A stretch of 64,000 bases of DNA from an uncultured Rivularia sp. (GTDB lineage Bacteria > Cyanobacteriota > Cyanobacteriia > Cyanobacteriales > Nostocaceae), in contig OY762007.1 of NCBI GenBank assembly GCA_963665115.1, positions 2,400,001-2,464,000 on the forward strand. The letters are read 5' to 3'. How positions within the stretch are numbered: the stretch's first letter is position 1; every line of letters begins with the position of its first letter. Position numbers and translations under genes: made by a program. The notes beneath the pieces were generated by a model. That model saw only the letters and a program-made list of their open reading frames with translations. It was not told the origin of the DNA and searched no databases. This document shows, piece after piece, positions 9,574 to 22,792 of the stretch.

Positions 9574-10278
9574 CTAACTCCCAACCTTAGACTTTTCAAC
9601 TATTTCTTTAAGGAAGCCATCTTCCATATGAATAGTCCTGTCTGCTACATCTAAAATACGGTTGTCATGAGTTACCATCAAAATTGCCGAACCTTGTTCT
9701 CTAGATAGTCGCTGCATAAGTTCGATAATGCTTCTTCCAGTTTTGCCGTCTAAAGCTGCTGTGGGTTCATCCGCAAGAATTAATTTAGGCTTACCAACTA
9801 AAGCACGAGCGATCGCCACTCTTTGCTTTTGTCCACCTGAAAGTTGAGTAGGATAGTGATTTACGCGATTACCCAACATCACTGACTTTAAGATTGCTTC
9901 CGCTCTAGAAACTGATTCTCGTTCGGGAACCGATTGAAGTTCTAATGACATTTGAACATTTTGCCGTGCTGTTAAGAATTCTAATAAATTATGAGCCTGA
10001 AAAATATAGCCAATTTGGCGACGTACATTAACTAATTGCTTGGAACTAGCTTTATTAAGTTCGTTTCCAAGAAATTGAAGACTTCCTTCTTGAACCGAAC
10101 GCAAACCTCCAATTAAAGTTAATAATGTGGTTTTACCAGAACCTGATGGCCCCGTAAGCAGGGTAACTTCTTTGGGATTAATTTCTAAATTAATATCAAA
10201 CAGAATTTGTTTTTTTAAGGCTTTATCACCGTAGTAATAATTTAAATTTCTAGTTTTAATAATTGGTTCTTCAGACAT
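9574..10278 (-). CDS. devA: DevA-family ABC exporter ATPase
   Basis: GPSGSGKTT, IGYIFQAHNL, LSGGQKQRVAIARA, LADEPT; operon with devC/devB homologues. Confidence 0.9.
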   Translation of the reverse strand: MSEEPIIKTRNLNYYYGDKALKKQILFDINLEINPKEVTLLTGPSGSGKTTLLTLIGGLRSVQEGSLQFLGNELNKASSKQLVNVRRQIGYIFQAHNLLEFLTARQNVQMSLELQSVPERESVSRAEAILKSVMLGNRVNHYPTQLSGGQKQRVAIARALVGKPKLILADEPTAALDGKTGRSIIELMQRLSREQGSAILMVTHDNRILDVADRTIHMEDGFLKEIVEKSKVGS

Positions 10279-10402
10279 AGTAATGGGAATGGTAAAGGGG
10301 ATTGGTAATTAGTAAACTATAAACTTTTATTTAATTTAGCAGGTTAAATAATATTCAATTTCTACGATCGATGCCCAATGCGCCATGCCCAATTCCTATA
10401 AT

Positions 10403-11569
10403 TTAAAATATATCCGCCGGATCTGCTGCTTGTAACTTTTGTACTGCTAAGAAACCAGAGGCGATACACATTGAAGTGACTAAAGATACAACTAGTATTC
10501 CTTTGTCCCAAGTCATAACTATTGGTAGTTTTGTGGCATCTTTGGCTATGTCATACAAACCAAAGGTAATGATTAATCCTGGGATATAACTAAGTACCGC
10601 TAACAATATAGCTTGTTGAAACACTACTTTTAATAAATATTTATGTTTAAATCCCATTGCTTTTAAAGTGGCAAAGGCGACTAAATTTGTAGAAATATTG
10701 CTATAGAGAATTTGGTAGACAAATACAGTTCCTACTACTAAACCCATGATTGTCATCATGCTAAACACAAAACCAATAGGCGTGCGTAAAGACCAGTAAT
10801 CTTTTTCAAATTTGATATAATCTTCACGGGTTAAAACTTTAATATCATTAGGTAGATTTTCTTGCAAGTTTTTTAAAATTTGTTCTTTGTCAACGTTCTC
10901 TTTGAGGTTAACTAAACCTATATCTATATAACTAGCTTTACGGTCTAGAAAGGTTCGCAAGAAAGTAGAATAGCTAATAATTAAATGACCATCTACACCA
11001 AAGGAAGGGCCGAGGGGAAATAAGCCACCAATTTTAACTTTATAACCAACGTTAGCATTGTAGCTAAATACTTCTACTTTGATATCTTTCCCTTGCGAAA
11101 AATCTTGAGCAATTGGGCCATACTCCGGACGAGAAGCTCCATCAAAAAGAACTGTATTGGGAAGTTTAATTAATGGTAATAATTTATTTACTTGAGGTAA
11201 GTTAAAAGCAGATTGGGCTGGATCGAAACCAACTACGTAAATAGGATTTTTTATCCCAGTATAAGGATTTTTTAATTTAGCAAATTGAACGTATACAGGG
11301 TTAACCGACTCTACACCATTAAAAGCTAAAGTCTGATATAAACGACTCCGAGGAAAGCTTTGTTGAGAAGTTAAAGCATTATATTGAGAACTAATTAAAA
11401 ATAGATCCCCTTTAAAATTTTGATGTAATTGTGTAGCGCTAGAGTAAAGTGCATCCTGAAAGCCAAACTGCATAAAAATCAGAATAACAACAAAGGAAAC
11501 ACCTGCCAAAGTCGCCAGAAAGCGCACTCTTTGTTGAGTTAATTGTAGCCAAGCAACAGGAATAGTCAT
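10403..11569 (-). CDS. devC: DevC-family ABC exporter permease
   Basis: IPVAWLQL, QFGFQDALY, TPIGF, VYQILYS, ATLKAMG, C-terminal ADPADIF. Confidence 0.9.
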   Translation of the reverse strand: MTIPVAWLQLTQQRVRFLATLAGVSFVVILIFMQFGFQDALYSSATQLHQNFKGDLFLISSQYNALTSQQSFPRSRLYQTLAFNGVESVNPVYVQFAKLKNPYTGIKNPIYVVGFDPAQSAFNLPQVNKLLPLIKLPNTVLFDGASRPEYGPIAQDFSQGKDIKVEVFSYNANVGYKVKIGGLFPLGPSFGVDGHLIISYSTFLRTFLDRKASYIDIGLVNLKENVDKEQILKNLQENLPNDIKVLTREDYIKFEKDYWSLRTPIGFVFSMMTIMGLVVGTVFVYQILYSNISTNLVAFATLKAMGFKHKYLLKVVFQQAILLAVLSYIPGLIITFGLYDIAKDATKLPIVMTWDKGILVVSLVTSMCIASGFLAVQKLQAADPADIF

Positions 11570-11596
11570 GATAAATTAATGGGCATTGGGCATTGG

Positions 11597-12815
11597 TTAC
11601 TGGTCACTGGTTACTGTCTTAATAAGTGTTTGTACTTGGAGATTAGTTAGATTAGCAACTTTTTCACTGTCTTCTGGTTTGAGACGGATCTTTACGTCTA
11701 TCACTTTATTATCTGTGTCGGCTTGTGGATTAACGTCAAAAATGTCTTGTCTGTCTACTTGTAAACCAACTTGACTAACTGTTCCTTGTAGTTTCTCCAT
11801 TGAAGGCTGGACTACTAATGACGGCTAGTTGACCGATTTGCACTTTCTTTATGTCGGTTTCGTATACTTCGGCTACAACGTACATTTGACCTGTTTTTCC
11901 GATATCGGCAATTCCTTTACTACCAACAACTTCTCCAGGGCGGACGTTGACATCGAGAATTTGACCGTCTATGGGAGAGCGAATCGCGGTTAATTCGTAA
12001 TCGGCTTTTGCTTGTTTGACACTGGCGATCGCACTTTGCAATTCTGCTTCTGCTACTTGTATATCAACAAGACGAACTTCGGCAACGCTCTCCAAAGTTG
12101 CTTGTGCTTCATCTAATTGAATTTGAGTAGTTTGGATAGTTCTATTTAATGTTTCTTTGGCTTCTTGAAGTTGTTGCTGGGCAGTTTCGAGTCGCAAGCG
12201 TCGAGTGTCTGCATCTGATGCAGCTATAGCTCCGGCTTTGTAAAGTGATTGATAGCGTTTATTTTCAATATCAGCGTTTCTAACTTCGGCTTCTAAACGA
12301 GCGATAGTTGCTTTCTGAGTAGCGATTTGTCCTTGTAGTTCGGCTTTTAAACGAGTGATGGCTTCTTTTTTAGCCTGAATATCTCCTGTTTTTGCTCCAG
12401 CTTTTACCCGCGCTAATTCAGCTTTGGCAACTTCAACGTCTACTTTGGCTTTGTTTAAAGCAGCTTCGCCAATATCGTGACTTTCCATAATTGCCACGAT
12501 TTGGTCTTTACGTACTTTATCCCCTTCTTTGATTAAAAGTTGAGAGATTCTATTACTTCCAGCCGAAGACGGTGCTGATAAACGAATCACTTCTCCTTGA
12601 GGTTCTAAACGTCCTAAAGCTGCAACACCAATAATTATTGGTTCGGTTGGTTGTGTATTAGTAGACGCGATTGGTTTATCGACATTAAAGTTAGGTCTTA
12701 CCAAACTATAAAAGAGGATAGTCCAACCGCTCAAAGCCAAAGCAATTAATACATATATTAATTGCTTGCCAAGCGGTTTATTTAAAGGTTGGCTTTCCTT
12801 TTGAATCATTACCAC
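11597..12815 (-). CDS. devB: DevB-family membrane fusion protein, +1 frameshift near 11795
   Basis: VAALGRLEPQGEVI, coiled coil, IRSPIDG, MYVVAEVYETDI; continues in ORF 11597-11800 (LQGTV...LTNLQV). Confidence 0.88.
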
Positions 12816-13079
12816 GTCAAACCTCTATGATTAATAACTGTAGGTTATCAAAGCTATTACAAGCCAAAAATGCCTGATGGAAGTAGGCAGTATAGGAAAA
12901 AGTTATCCTATTGAAGTACTAGTCAAAATTAAAATGTAAATCATTAGAAAACGGGGAACAGGGAGAGAATAAAAATGTATTTTTTAATAAAAGAACCCCA
13001 CATTTAACAAATAGAAAGACTTACTTTTTTATCAGAAAGTCTAAAAACAAATAATATTGACCAATTACCAATTACCTTT

Positions 13080-14354
13080 TCAAAGCGATACCATAGAATC
13101 TACAGATTTTTCTGCATAAGTATACGGTTGATATTTTATTAATTTAATATCCCAAGGACCTTTTATTTGATAGGTAATACCGCGCCATTCAACTTGTCGC
13201 ATACACATAGCTGAAGTTAGCGCTAAAGCGTAAACTATTTGAGTGAGGGGTAGTACTAATAATACTTTGAAAATTGTACTTAAATTAACTAATGGTAGCG
13301 TGTCGCCTTTTTGTTGAACTATACCGCGTACTTTATATTCTAAAATTGTCAGACACAAAATTTGGGTAACTACATAGATAACTAATCCACCACCGAAATA
13401 AGCTGAATTTAACCATTCCTCATTTAACCACGTTGTCAGCAATAACATCACTGCTACTGAAGGAAGCACCGTTGTTAAAATTCCATGAATTGCGATCGCA
13501 TTCCAAGCGGTGTGATAAAGTCGAGAGCAAAGCAATTGACGTTTAACCCAACCTAGAAAGCTTTTTAAATCGGATTCTTCGCGATTTACCATTAGTATAG
13601 AAGGTACAAACTCAACTCTAAGTCCTTGTTGTTGCAATATATCCTGTAGCATTGTGTCTTCGTTAAAAGCTTGCTCCCACTTGCTTAACAATGCTGTTTG
13701 ACGAAACACTTCTGTTTTGATTGCTAAACTTCCACCCCAGGGAATTCGGTAAAAGTGCATCTGAGTTACAGCAGCTACATTCCAAATATATCTAACAATA
13801 CTTCCCCAATATCTACCTTGTGGCAGATACCAACGGTTGCCTGTTGCAGCCCCAACTTTTGGATTAGCTAAAGGGCTAACTAATTCACGCAACCAATTAG
13901 AGTGTACAACTGTATCGGCATCTACTAACGCTACCACTTCACAATTACTATTTAACCCTGATATAGCTTGTACTAAAGAACTACATTTGAGGCTACAAGT
14001 GGCACGTGGAACTACTAAAGAACTGATTTTAACGTGCTTCGCAGGTTGTCTTTTCACCGTTTGATGAACCATTTCCCAAGCTGGATCTTTATAGCTATCA
14101 ATGACTATCTGTAGCTCGTAATTTGGATAATTTTGATTTAGTAATGCCTCCAAACATTTATGTAAAAGTGGGTCAGCACCACGCAAACAAAGAATTATCA
14201 CAGCCGACGGTAATTCTTTATCTACTAATAATTCTTCATTCTCCGGCATCTTTTGAGACTGATTAAGTTTGGATACAAAAGCAACTGTTAGCCATACATA
14301 AAAAATTGCCAAACTTATAAGTAAACAAAAAGTTACAATTGCTATTTTATCCAT
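13080..14354 (-). CDS. Membrane GT2/GT21 (ceramide glucosyltransferase/HpnI-like) glycosyltransferase
   Basis: N-terminal TM helix, LCLRGAD, SLKC, VDAD (DxD), NEDT, WVKRQ, C-terminal TM helices, VEWRG. Confidence 0.8.
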   Translation of the reverse strand: MDKIAIVTFCLLISLAIFYVWLTVAFVSKLNQSQKMPENEELLVDKELPSAVIILCLRGADPLLHKCLEALLNQNYPNYELQIVIDSYKDPAWEMVHQTVKRQPAKHVKISSLVVPRATCSLKCSSLVQAISGLNSNCEVVALVDADTVVHSNWLRELVSPLANPKVGAATGNRWYLPQGRYWGSIVRYIWNVAAVTQMHFYRIPWGGSLAIKTEVFRQTALLSKWEQAFNEDTMLQDILQQQGLRVEFVPSILMVNREESDLKSFLGWVKRQLLCSRLYHTAWNAIAIHGILTTVLPSVAVMLLLTTWLNEEWLNSAYFGGGLVIYVVTQILCLTILEYKVRGIVQQKGDTLPLVNLSTIFKVLLVLPLTQIVYALALTSAMCMRQVEWRGITYQIKGPWDIKLIKYQPYTYAEKSVDSMVSL

Positions 14355-14551
14355 TTATTTTTCCTCTTTTTATGAATCTGTAAGCTGAAAACCAACCTTG
14401 AGTTACAGCATATTTAGAGTTGGCGGGGAGAGTGAGAAGAGGGGGAGATGGAGAAGGAGGAGACAAGGGGATGAGGAAATAACTTTTATTCCATTACTTC
14501 ATCATTCTTGACTCGCTACTTACTACTCCTAACTCCTCGCCGGTAATTGAT

Positions 14552-14679
14552 AAGCTGTTACGCACTTAATTTGTATAATACCCTTCGTGCAAGATGTATA
14601 TCCTTCGGACACGCTGCGTTAGCGGAGCGAGACGATAGTCTTAGGCAGCATTATATAATTTAGCTGCACATCATAACTG
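14552..14679. mobile_element. MITE-like element with small-repeat cargo
   Basis: AGCTGTTACGCACTTAATTTGTATA ... TATATAATTTAGCTGCACATCATAACTG imperfect inverted ends around a GC-richer core. Confidence 0.4.
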
Positions 14680-16185
14680 TTAACCAGCCACTGTCAAGAA
14701 ACCGCTTTGCAGTAAGTATGATAAATATTTGCTAAATAGTTGTGCGTCTGAGGGAGGACAAACAATGTCGGAACCTTCAAGGGCGTTAAGGGTTTGTTTG
14801 CAACTGATTTCGGCTGGTCTTCTGGCTTGCATATATATTTCGGTTGCGGTTAGCTGTTCTTCTGTCCAGCGCTGAAGTAGAAAGGGCTTTAAAGTGTAAA
14901 GAGGGTTTTTGGGAGTACAAGCGTTGGTTTGCAGTTTGTTCAACCAGTCTTCGTAAGGAATTAATTCGATATCATAGCCTAGCGTGGAAATCCAATTAAC
15001 TAATTGACTTAGGTGGATTGGTTGAGGATGTTGTAAATGGAAAGCTTTAGAAATTGACTCTGGCTGTTGAGATAAATATACAATTGCTTTGGTTACATAA
15101 TCTACAGGAGACATATCCAACCAGTAATCTATATCGGGAAAAGCTTTCATCTGCACGCAGCCTTTCAACATTAAACAAATAAAGTCTTGGGTGTTACTGA
15201 CTCCAGTTTTACTATGTCCGCCAATCAAAGGTGGTCTGTAGATAGTTACGGGAAGACCTCGCGAAGCCGCAATTTTGACTAATTTCTCAGATACCCATTT
15301 AGTTTGAGAGTAACCTAAGAAAATTCCTTCATGTTCGTCAAAGCTATCATCTTCTTGAACAACTTTACCCGTATAAGCTGTTGATTCAAATATCGCCACG
15401 CTAGATACGTGATGTAAGGGTTTACGTTTAACTTCACAGGCTAATCTGAGAATTTCTTGAGTTCCCAAAACGTTTGCAGCCTTCATCACCGAATATGGAT
15501 AAACATAGTTTAGTAAAGCAGCACTATGATAGATAGTGTCTATTTTCGCTGCTAATAAATTAAACTGTTCCTGAGAAAGATTTAAAAGTGGCTGCGATAA
15601 ATCGCCTATAACTGGAATAATTCTAGAGCCGTATTCTTCCTTCCAAATTTGATAGCCTTGTAAGTTTTTTAGTAACCTATTTTTTCCAGACTCGGCATCA
15701 TTTGCTCTTACCAAACAATAGATATTAGCTTTAGTTTGCTGTAAAAGTTCTTGAATTAAAAACGCTCCAAGAAAGCCGGTTCCTCCAGTGACTAAAATAT
15801 TTTCCGGCCGATCTTTAAGTTCTAAGGGTACTTTCTCAGGGTCTATACTTGGGTCAAGAAGTACTTCAGCACCTAAATCTAACTTGAAATCTCCTATTGT
15901 TGATGGTTGATTATTCCCAGTTTCTTGTTGTGACTTTCTCTCGATCATTTCCTCAGCCAAACGTTCGGAAAGCCCTTCAACAGTGGGATAAAGCCATAAC
16001 AAATTGAGGGGTAATTCAAAACCTAATAATTTTTCGGCTTTGCTAGCCAAAATCATCGCTTCTGCCGAATCTAATCCATAGGTATCTAAAGGTTCTCGAA
16101 CATCAATTTCATCTGCTTCAATTGTTAACTGTTCCGCAAGCTGCGAAACCATCCAATTTTGAATATCTTGAGCTGTTAAAGACAT
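14680..16185 (-). CDS. hglB: HglB/HetM: ACP + thioester reductase
   Basis: ACP YGLDSA; reductase [26 protein letters not shown]. Confidence 0.9.
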   Translation of the reverse strand: MSLTAQDIQNWMVSQLAEQLTIEADEIDVREPLDTYGLDSAEAMILASKAEKLLGFELPLNLLWLYPTVEGLSERLAEEMIERKSQQETGNNQPSTIGDFKLDLGAEVLLDPSIDPEKVPLELKDRPENILVTGGTGFLGAFLIQELLQQTKANIYCLVRANDAESGKNRLLKNLQGYQIWKEEYGSRIIPVIGDLSQPLLNLSQEQFNLLAAKIDTIYHSAALLNYVYPYSVMKAANVLGTQEILRLACEVKRKPLHHVSSVAIFESTAYTGKVVQEDDSFDEHEGIFLGYSQTKWVSEKLVKIAASRGLPVTIYRPPLIGGHSKTGVSNTQDFICLMLKGCVQMKAFPDIDYWLDMSPVDYVTKAIVYLSQQPESISKAFHLQHPQPIHLSQLVNWISTLGYDIELIPYEDWLNKLQTNACTPKNPLYTLKPFLLQRWTEEQLTATEIYMQARRPAEISCKQTLNALEGSDIVCPPSDAQLFSKYLSYLLQSGFLTVAG

Positions 16186-16272
16186 AATAATTAATTGTTA
16201 GTTGTTAGGAATTGGTAATTGGTAAGTTAGGAGTAGTGAGTAACAAGTTAGTAATTATTTCTCCCCATCGCT

Positions 16273-17881
16273 TCAACCGGGGTGATACTGAGCAAAACGC
16301 GCGGGTAATTCGACTCCTTGCAGTTTTAAAGTTTGCAATCGGTATAAATAAGCTGCTCCAGTAAGAATATGTTGGGCAATATCAACTACTTTACGATTTT
16401 GTGGTTGAGCGAGATAAGTGTCTTGTACCCAGTTATTGAAAGCTCCCATAGCGGGACCGCACCATATCTGATAATCGGTTTCTCGCCCTTTCTCTCCTGA
16501 CTTTGACCATCGAGAGGATAAACCTAAATACCAGCGGAATATTAATGCCATTTTGAATTTAGGATTTTGGGCTGCCCTTTCTAATTTTTGAGGATTACTT
16601 TGTGCTAAATATTGCTGAGTACTTGACCAAATTGCATCTAAACTTTGCTGAAATACTTGTTTTTCTAACTTTTCTCTTTCTGCTACGGGGATATCTTTGA
16701 TGGAGTCATAACGCTGATAAAGTTCATATAGTTTTTGCGATCGCATTCCGAAGAGCGTGCCGCGTTTGAGTACCTGCAATTTCACGCCCATTTCAAACAT
16801 ATCGGCGGCTGGTGCCATTGTTACGTCTGTCATTTGGGCTTGTGCGAGCAGGTTTTTGGTATAGTCGGAGGTTCCTGCTTCTACACAGGATTGATTGATT
16901 GAACCCGTTACTACATAAGCAGCACCCATCATAAAAGCTGCTAATGCTGATTGTGGGGTTGCGATACCTCCACCTACACCAATTCGCACGGGGTTTGTAT
17001 AGCTGTATTGTTTCTGATATTCATCGCGTAATTCAAGTATCGTAGGCAATAAACAAACTAGAGGACGATTGTCTGTATGTCCGCCGGAATCGGCTTCAAC
17101 AGTGATATCGTCAGCAATAGGAACTTTTTGGGCTAAAGTCGCCTGTAGTTCGGTAATTAAGCCTTGGTTAACCAGCTCTCGAAGCATTTTAGCTGGTGCG
17201 GGAGCTAGAAATTTACTGGCTACTTCTGTGCGCGAAACTTTAGCGATGACTTTGTTATTTATTTCTATTTGATTATCGCTATTAAGACTTAAACCGGCAG
17301 CGCGATAGTAAACGAGATTGGGCGTAATATCAAGAAAAGCCGAAGCTTCAATGGTTTTTACTCCATATTGCAAATATAAATCGACAGAACCGCGTTCCAT
17401 TGCCGGTTCGCTGGGGCTGTGGAGCAAATTAAAAGCGTATGGGCCCCTCTGGTAAAGCTTGCTGAATAGTTTTGATTGCAGTTTCCACACGTTCCCGACT
17501 CAAACCCCCAGCGCCAAAGGAACTAAGGATTCCGGCTTTCCCGAAAGCGATTACTAATTCTTCTGATGCAATACCACCAGCCATTGCTCCCGCAGTGTAA
17601 GCGTACTTTACTTTGTGGAATTCGAGAAAACGGCGATCGCCTAATTGTTGCAGTTTCAGAGGTGGTAACGCCATAAGCAATTCTATTTGCTCATCCGCGT
17701 CTAATTTATTAGTAAATCCAATTTTTCCCTTAGCACTAACGACGTAACAAGGTTGATTTAAACTTAATAATTTGGCTTTAATTCCTGGTTCATCAAAAGC
17801 AATATCTTGATTATATATGAGTAAGTTTGTTGGTTTTGGATGATGCCCATTTTTCTTCGCGGCTGTATTTGTGATAGTCAT
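16273..17881 (-). CDS. hglA: HglA/PfaD-type enoyl reductase, +1 frameshift near 17445
   Basis: GAMAGGIAS, SFGAGGL; joins GPYAFNLLHSP; EASAF, EADSGGHTDNRP, APAADMFEMG, DYQIWCGPAMG. Confidence 0.9.
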
Positions 17882-18000
17882 ATAGATTGATAGTTGGTAA
17901 CTAAGAGTTAAGAGTTATAAGCTATGAATTATGAGTTGAATTAGCGTTATATTTAAATTTTCCAATTGCCAATTCCCCATGCCCAATCCCCAATTAATAT

Positions 18001-20845
18001 TTATTTAATTTGTTGATTCAACATAGATAGATGAAGCTCAACCATTTTTACCATTTGATTAAATGATGATTGTCTAGCTTGTAGAAAAATAGCCTGGGAT
18101 TGACTCGATTGCTGATTGGTTTCGCTAATTGTTTTTGCATGAGAATTAATTAAGCTAGATATTTTTTTACTGCTTGTCGAAGTATCATTTACATTTAATT
18201 TCTTATTTATTAATGTTGAAGGAGCTTGAAAGTTAGCAATATATTCATTCGATTTGGCTGTATTTAATTGAGAATTAGCAAAATCTAATACTCCTATATA
18301 TTTGCTGTCAAAGTTTGCCGATATTTCTAACTCTTGCATACTAAAGTTACTCCAATAATGTGGAGATAAAGTTACCATTACTTCCTCGTTTTGGTTTTGA
18401 TGTTTTGATGTAGCTTCAATGAGTGAAGTAGATTGTAGAACTGTTTTTTGTACCTCTGCCACCTTGCGGGAAGAAGCTTTTAACTCTGAATAATTTAAGT
18501 TATATAACGGTAATAAATCTATCTGAACTCGCTGAGAAAGAAGCTGCGCTAAACCTCTAAGCAAGCTGGTATACTCATCTATTCCCCGACGATTTAAAGA
18601 TATTGTGGTATGTTCGCGTCCTTTGAGATTCTCGCCAATCCATCGAGAACAAGCGTTTCCAGCCCCTACTTCCATGAAAATTCGCGCACCCGAATCATAG
18701 AGACGGTTAACTATGCGAGGAAAATCAAATTGCTGACATAGAACTTTAGCGATATTATGACCCATAACCTCACTCTCTAAGTCAACAATTCCGTTGTTTG
18801 CTGATGAATAGAAATCTATCTCTTCAGGTTTGTTATTTATAGGTAGGGTATGGAGTTTGACAAATTCATCGTATTCCGAAGCCATTGCTTCGCAGTGGAT
18901 GACGTGGTTAAAGGGGGCTGAAATTGCATTACATCCAATTGCTGAAATTACTCTTTGACAGGCTGCTCTATCGCCAGCAATCACAACTTCTGATGGTGTA
19001 TTAATCTGAGTCAAATAAACCCGGTTTTCTTTTGCAACCTGTTCTTTAACTTGGGAAATTTCCGCCATCAAGACGTAGTTACCCCAAAAATCGCCCTTTT
19101 TTTCTTCGTCTTTTAATCCCCAGTATTCCCGCACCGCATTTTTATCACCGCATAATCTGCTGGTAAACAGTTCCGAAGAATTTAAACCATTGCTAATAGG
19201 GCTAAAATCAGTCCAGATTCCTTGAGCGATCGCCATCGTAGTTTCGCCGACGCTGTAACCAAAGCAACAGTCGGGTTGCAGTCCAAAATAATCTCTGAGT
19301 ACAGCACTCATTAATCCGGCAATACCTACTTCCGATTCCAACATGGAAAGGGGGTTATCTATTAACTGCTGTTCTAATCTTTCTAACTGTCTTTTCGTTA
19401 AGACATTTAAGCTGCGGGGATAGAGAAATTTCTCAATACTAGCGACGCGACTGTAAACACTTTGAATTATCGGAGAATCCCAAATTTTAGGAAACAAGCG
19501 GAATAGATTTCGAGCGATTCCTACATAAGAAACTGTATGCACCCGGATATACAAAGGCAACTTTACCTTTTTTCCCTAAAGGCTTGCTGGTGAAGTAGCT
19601 ACCTAGAGGAGTTTTCCATTCTCCTCCAGTCTCAAAAGCTGTTTCAATACCTTTGATAGCGCGTTTTGTTTCGCGCTGTAATTCTTTAATGTTACGTCCA
19701 AGAATGCCTACAGCATAAGTTGCGTTTTGATTTTTTTGGTAGGCTGCAAAGGTTTGTGCTGCGCTAACGGCAAGAGAATCGCTTTGTGATATTGTTTTTT
19801 CTAGTTCTTGAATTTGTTCTAATAAAACAGCAGGTTCATCGGCAGCTAAAGGAAACAAATAATAAGGCATTTGCGCCAAATATCTGCTGTCACGTTCTTG
19901 AGCAACCAGTGCTTCCGATAAAATTACATGAGCTATATTACCGTTACTACAACCATTAATAGCGGCAATTCTTTTATTAGCTTCTGCGCCTAAAAACCAG
20001 GGTTTTGACTGAGTTTGAACATAAAAAGAACTACCTTTCCATAATTCTGAATATTTAGGAGTAGACCATTGTGGAACTGCGGGAATGTAGCGATAGTAAA
20101 TACATAGAGCCGTTTTGATTAAACTAGCAATTTCCGAACTAACATCATTCCCAATGTTCGTTTTTACGCTACCCATCGCACAACTTAATTCCGAGCCAGA
20201 AGTTTGATAAGCAGCAACCAATTCCTCAATTTCTAACTGATTTGGCTTTAAAATACTGCTACCGCAAATTTCTAAATAACCAATATTTTCAGGTTTAACG
20301 CCAGCAATATCAAAAGCTTGCTGACAAGTTTGGGTTATTGTTTGTGCTTTCGGAGAATAATTTTCGGGAATAGTGACTGCATCAATTGTCGCATAAATAC
20401 GTTGATTATTTTTTATAGATTCAGCATCAATTAAAAGTAATCCACCATTCAAAGCAGGGGAAGTTTGAGAAGCTACAGTTAAAATCATCACCGCGTCTAC
20501 TTCAACAGCAAGTAGCTTTTGCGCCATTTGGATTGCGCCAAATACTGTTTTTGATGTTGCCGTATGAGTAAAAGGAAGATTATTAAATTCTGCTTGCTTC
20601 TTACTAGCTGTATTCTCATCGTCGCTAGCAATAATTACCGCTATTTTAGCGTTCGATTCAACTTCCGCATCTTTAAGCGCTTTATTTACTATTTCATTTA
20701 TATTTAGATTCGCATCGGGGGAAATATTATATTGTTTTCCCTCATAAATAGCTCGTTCAAAATTATCTAAATCTTCCCACGAACCGGAATTGATACTTAT
20801 ACCAACTATCGCTAATTTATTATTTTGATTATTAATATTTACCAT
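18001..20845 (-). CDS. hglC: HglC/PfaB-like: degenerate KS/CLF + acyltransferase, +1 frameshift near 19530
   Basis: LAIVG...FERAIYEGKQ, GSVKTNIG, SLIKTAL; AFVYPGAYS joins SYVGIAR; AT motif GYSVGE, NTPSEVVIAG, HVIHC. Confidence 0.85.
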
Positions 20846-20893
20846 AGGTTAAAAAAATTGGGACTTAGGAATTGAAAGTTAGGAATTATAAGT

Positions 20894-22640
20894 TTAAACC
20901 CGTTCACTGGTAACTGGTAACTGGTAACTGCTTTTCGCTAAATTCAAAGGCAAAATGGTTCCTTTCGCTTCTTCCATTCTGATGTAAATCTTTCCTTGGC
21001 TATCGTGAGCTATGACTTCAGCAACTGCTGCCGTTTCTGTTTTGCTGATGATTTCACAGGAAATATAAAATGTTTCGTCGAAAGGGATAGGGGCAAATTG
21101 TTCGTAAGTTGTTATTCCTGAAGGCAAGCAGCCACAATTATGAAAATGCTGCACCCAAAGCCATAGTGAATGAATTTTTACATCAACTATGTAGGGGTTA
21201 AAAGTTTGGACGGGAAATTGTCCTTGCTTTTTAATATCTACAGCAGGTAAATTACACTCTATAGTAATTTTCCTGGAGTTAATATTTAAAATTTTTTCTA
21301 CTCCTTGAAAAGCCGCACCGTGAAATAAACTTGCTCCTCCTTTCTGATATATTTGCTCTTTAGAAGTAAAGATTTGATTGCTTGGTGTTAAGTCTAATGA
21401 ATTGTACAGCGGACTCTCTGGAATTTGCTGTTTAATCGTTAGCTGCACGCTAAAGTGATAGCGGGTTTTTCCGGCTTGATTTTTACTCCATATTTTGGCA
21501 TCAAAAACAACTCCATCATCATTGTTTTTGGCAATTTCTTTTAAATCTAAAATATATTCTTCAGCTAAACTATCATCGAACACAATTCCTTTTAGAATTT
21601 TATAGTTTTTAAAGCCGAAAAATTGGTATCCCGGATAAAGTTGTTCGCAAGCGTTGGCAATCCACCCAATTGCACAGGTTGCGGGTAGAACTCCATAACC
21701 TGCAATCATATGGTCGTGTAAAAATGGGTTATCTGCTAATTTTAAATAGCGTCGGATGCTGTAACTTTTTAACTCGGAGTCTAAAGCAACGGGAGGAGGT
21801 GTTAAAGGAGAAACCGATTACTACCTGTACGTGATGATTTTCAGATGTTAATTCTTCAACTAACATTTGCGTTCCTACTTCGACGGGTATCGTCTCAATA
21901 TTGCGTTGAGCAAATACTCGTTTCAATTCTGGACTCACCATACCACTATCCCAAGGACCCCAGTTAATTGCGACTACATGACAATCGGGATGTTGTTGCT
22001 TAACCAGATAAGCGGTTTTATTTAAAGTTTCGTTGGCAATTGCATAATCAGTTTGTCCCGCATTTCCGTAAAATCCCACCACCGAGGAAAATAAAACCAA
22101 AGAATTTAGCTGACTCGGAGGCACGCATTTTAATAAATTGGTTAATCCTTTAACTTTAGGATTGTAAACCTTGTCAAAATCCGATTCAGTTTTCTTTTCA
22201 ATCGGTTTATCAGCTAAATTACCAGCACCGTGAACAATTGCGGTTATTTTACCAAGTCTTTGCTCAACTTCAGTCAACTTTTCTTGCAACACACTTTCAT
22301 CAGTCACATCAACGCTAAGGTATTCAGCTTTCCCCCCCGCTGCTTCAATCGCTGCAAGAGTTTGCTCAATCTCCCGTCGAGACGAAATCGCTTGATACTG
22401 TTTTTGCACCATCATCGGAGTTGGTTTCTCACCACCAGCCACAAGCTGTTCCAAAATCCGACGCTTCAACTCAGTTTCCGTACAATCTTGTACCCAAGCA
22501 GGTTCTGGAGCTTTCGGTAAAGGCGATCGCCCCAACAAAACAAACTTACATTTATATTCTTCAGCCAGCTTAATCGCCGATTTAGCAGTGATGCCTTTAC
22601 CACCACCAGTTATTGCACAAACGGAATTTTGGTTAATCAT
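20894..22640 (-). CDS. hglG: HglG-like ketoreductase + dehydratase, +1 frameshift near 21812
   Basis: TGGGKGIT, HGAGNLADK, FSSVVGFYGNAGQTDYA, NWGPW; after the join NPFLHDHMIAGYGVLP DH motif, LFHGAAFQG. Confidence 0.85.
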
Positions 22641-22792
22641 AATAATTTAGGAATAGGGAATAGGGAATAGGGAATGGGGAATAGGAGAAGAGGGGGGAGA
22701 GGGGGAGGGAGTTTTTCAATTACCAATTACCAATTACCAATGCCCCATGCCCCATGCCCTATTCCCAACTCCTAACTCTTAACTGCTCACTG

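Noticed and set aside
19487..20845. hglD (ORF of similar length at the expected position)
   Set aside because: It lacks KS catalytic Cys/His motifs and runs directly into the AT domain, so it is the N-terminal half of frameshifted hglC
9574..22640. Decaying (pseudogenised) hgl cluster
   Set aside because: Each break is a single +1 base in a recurrent context, also seen in unrelated genes such as mgtE; I saw no in-frame stops or deletions, so sequencing error is more likely
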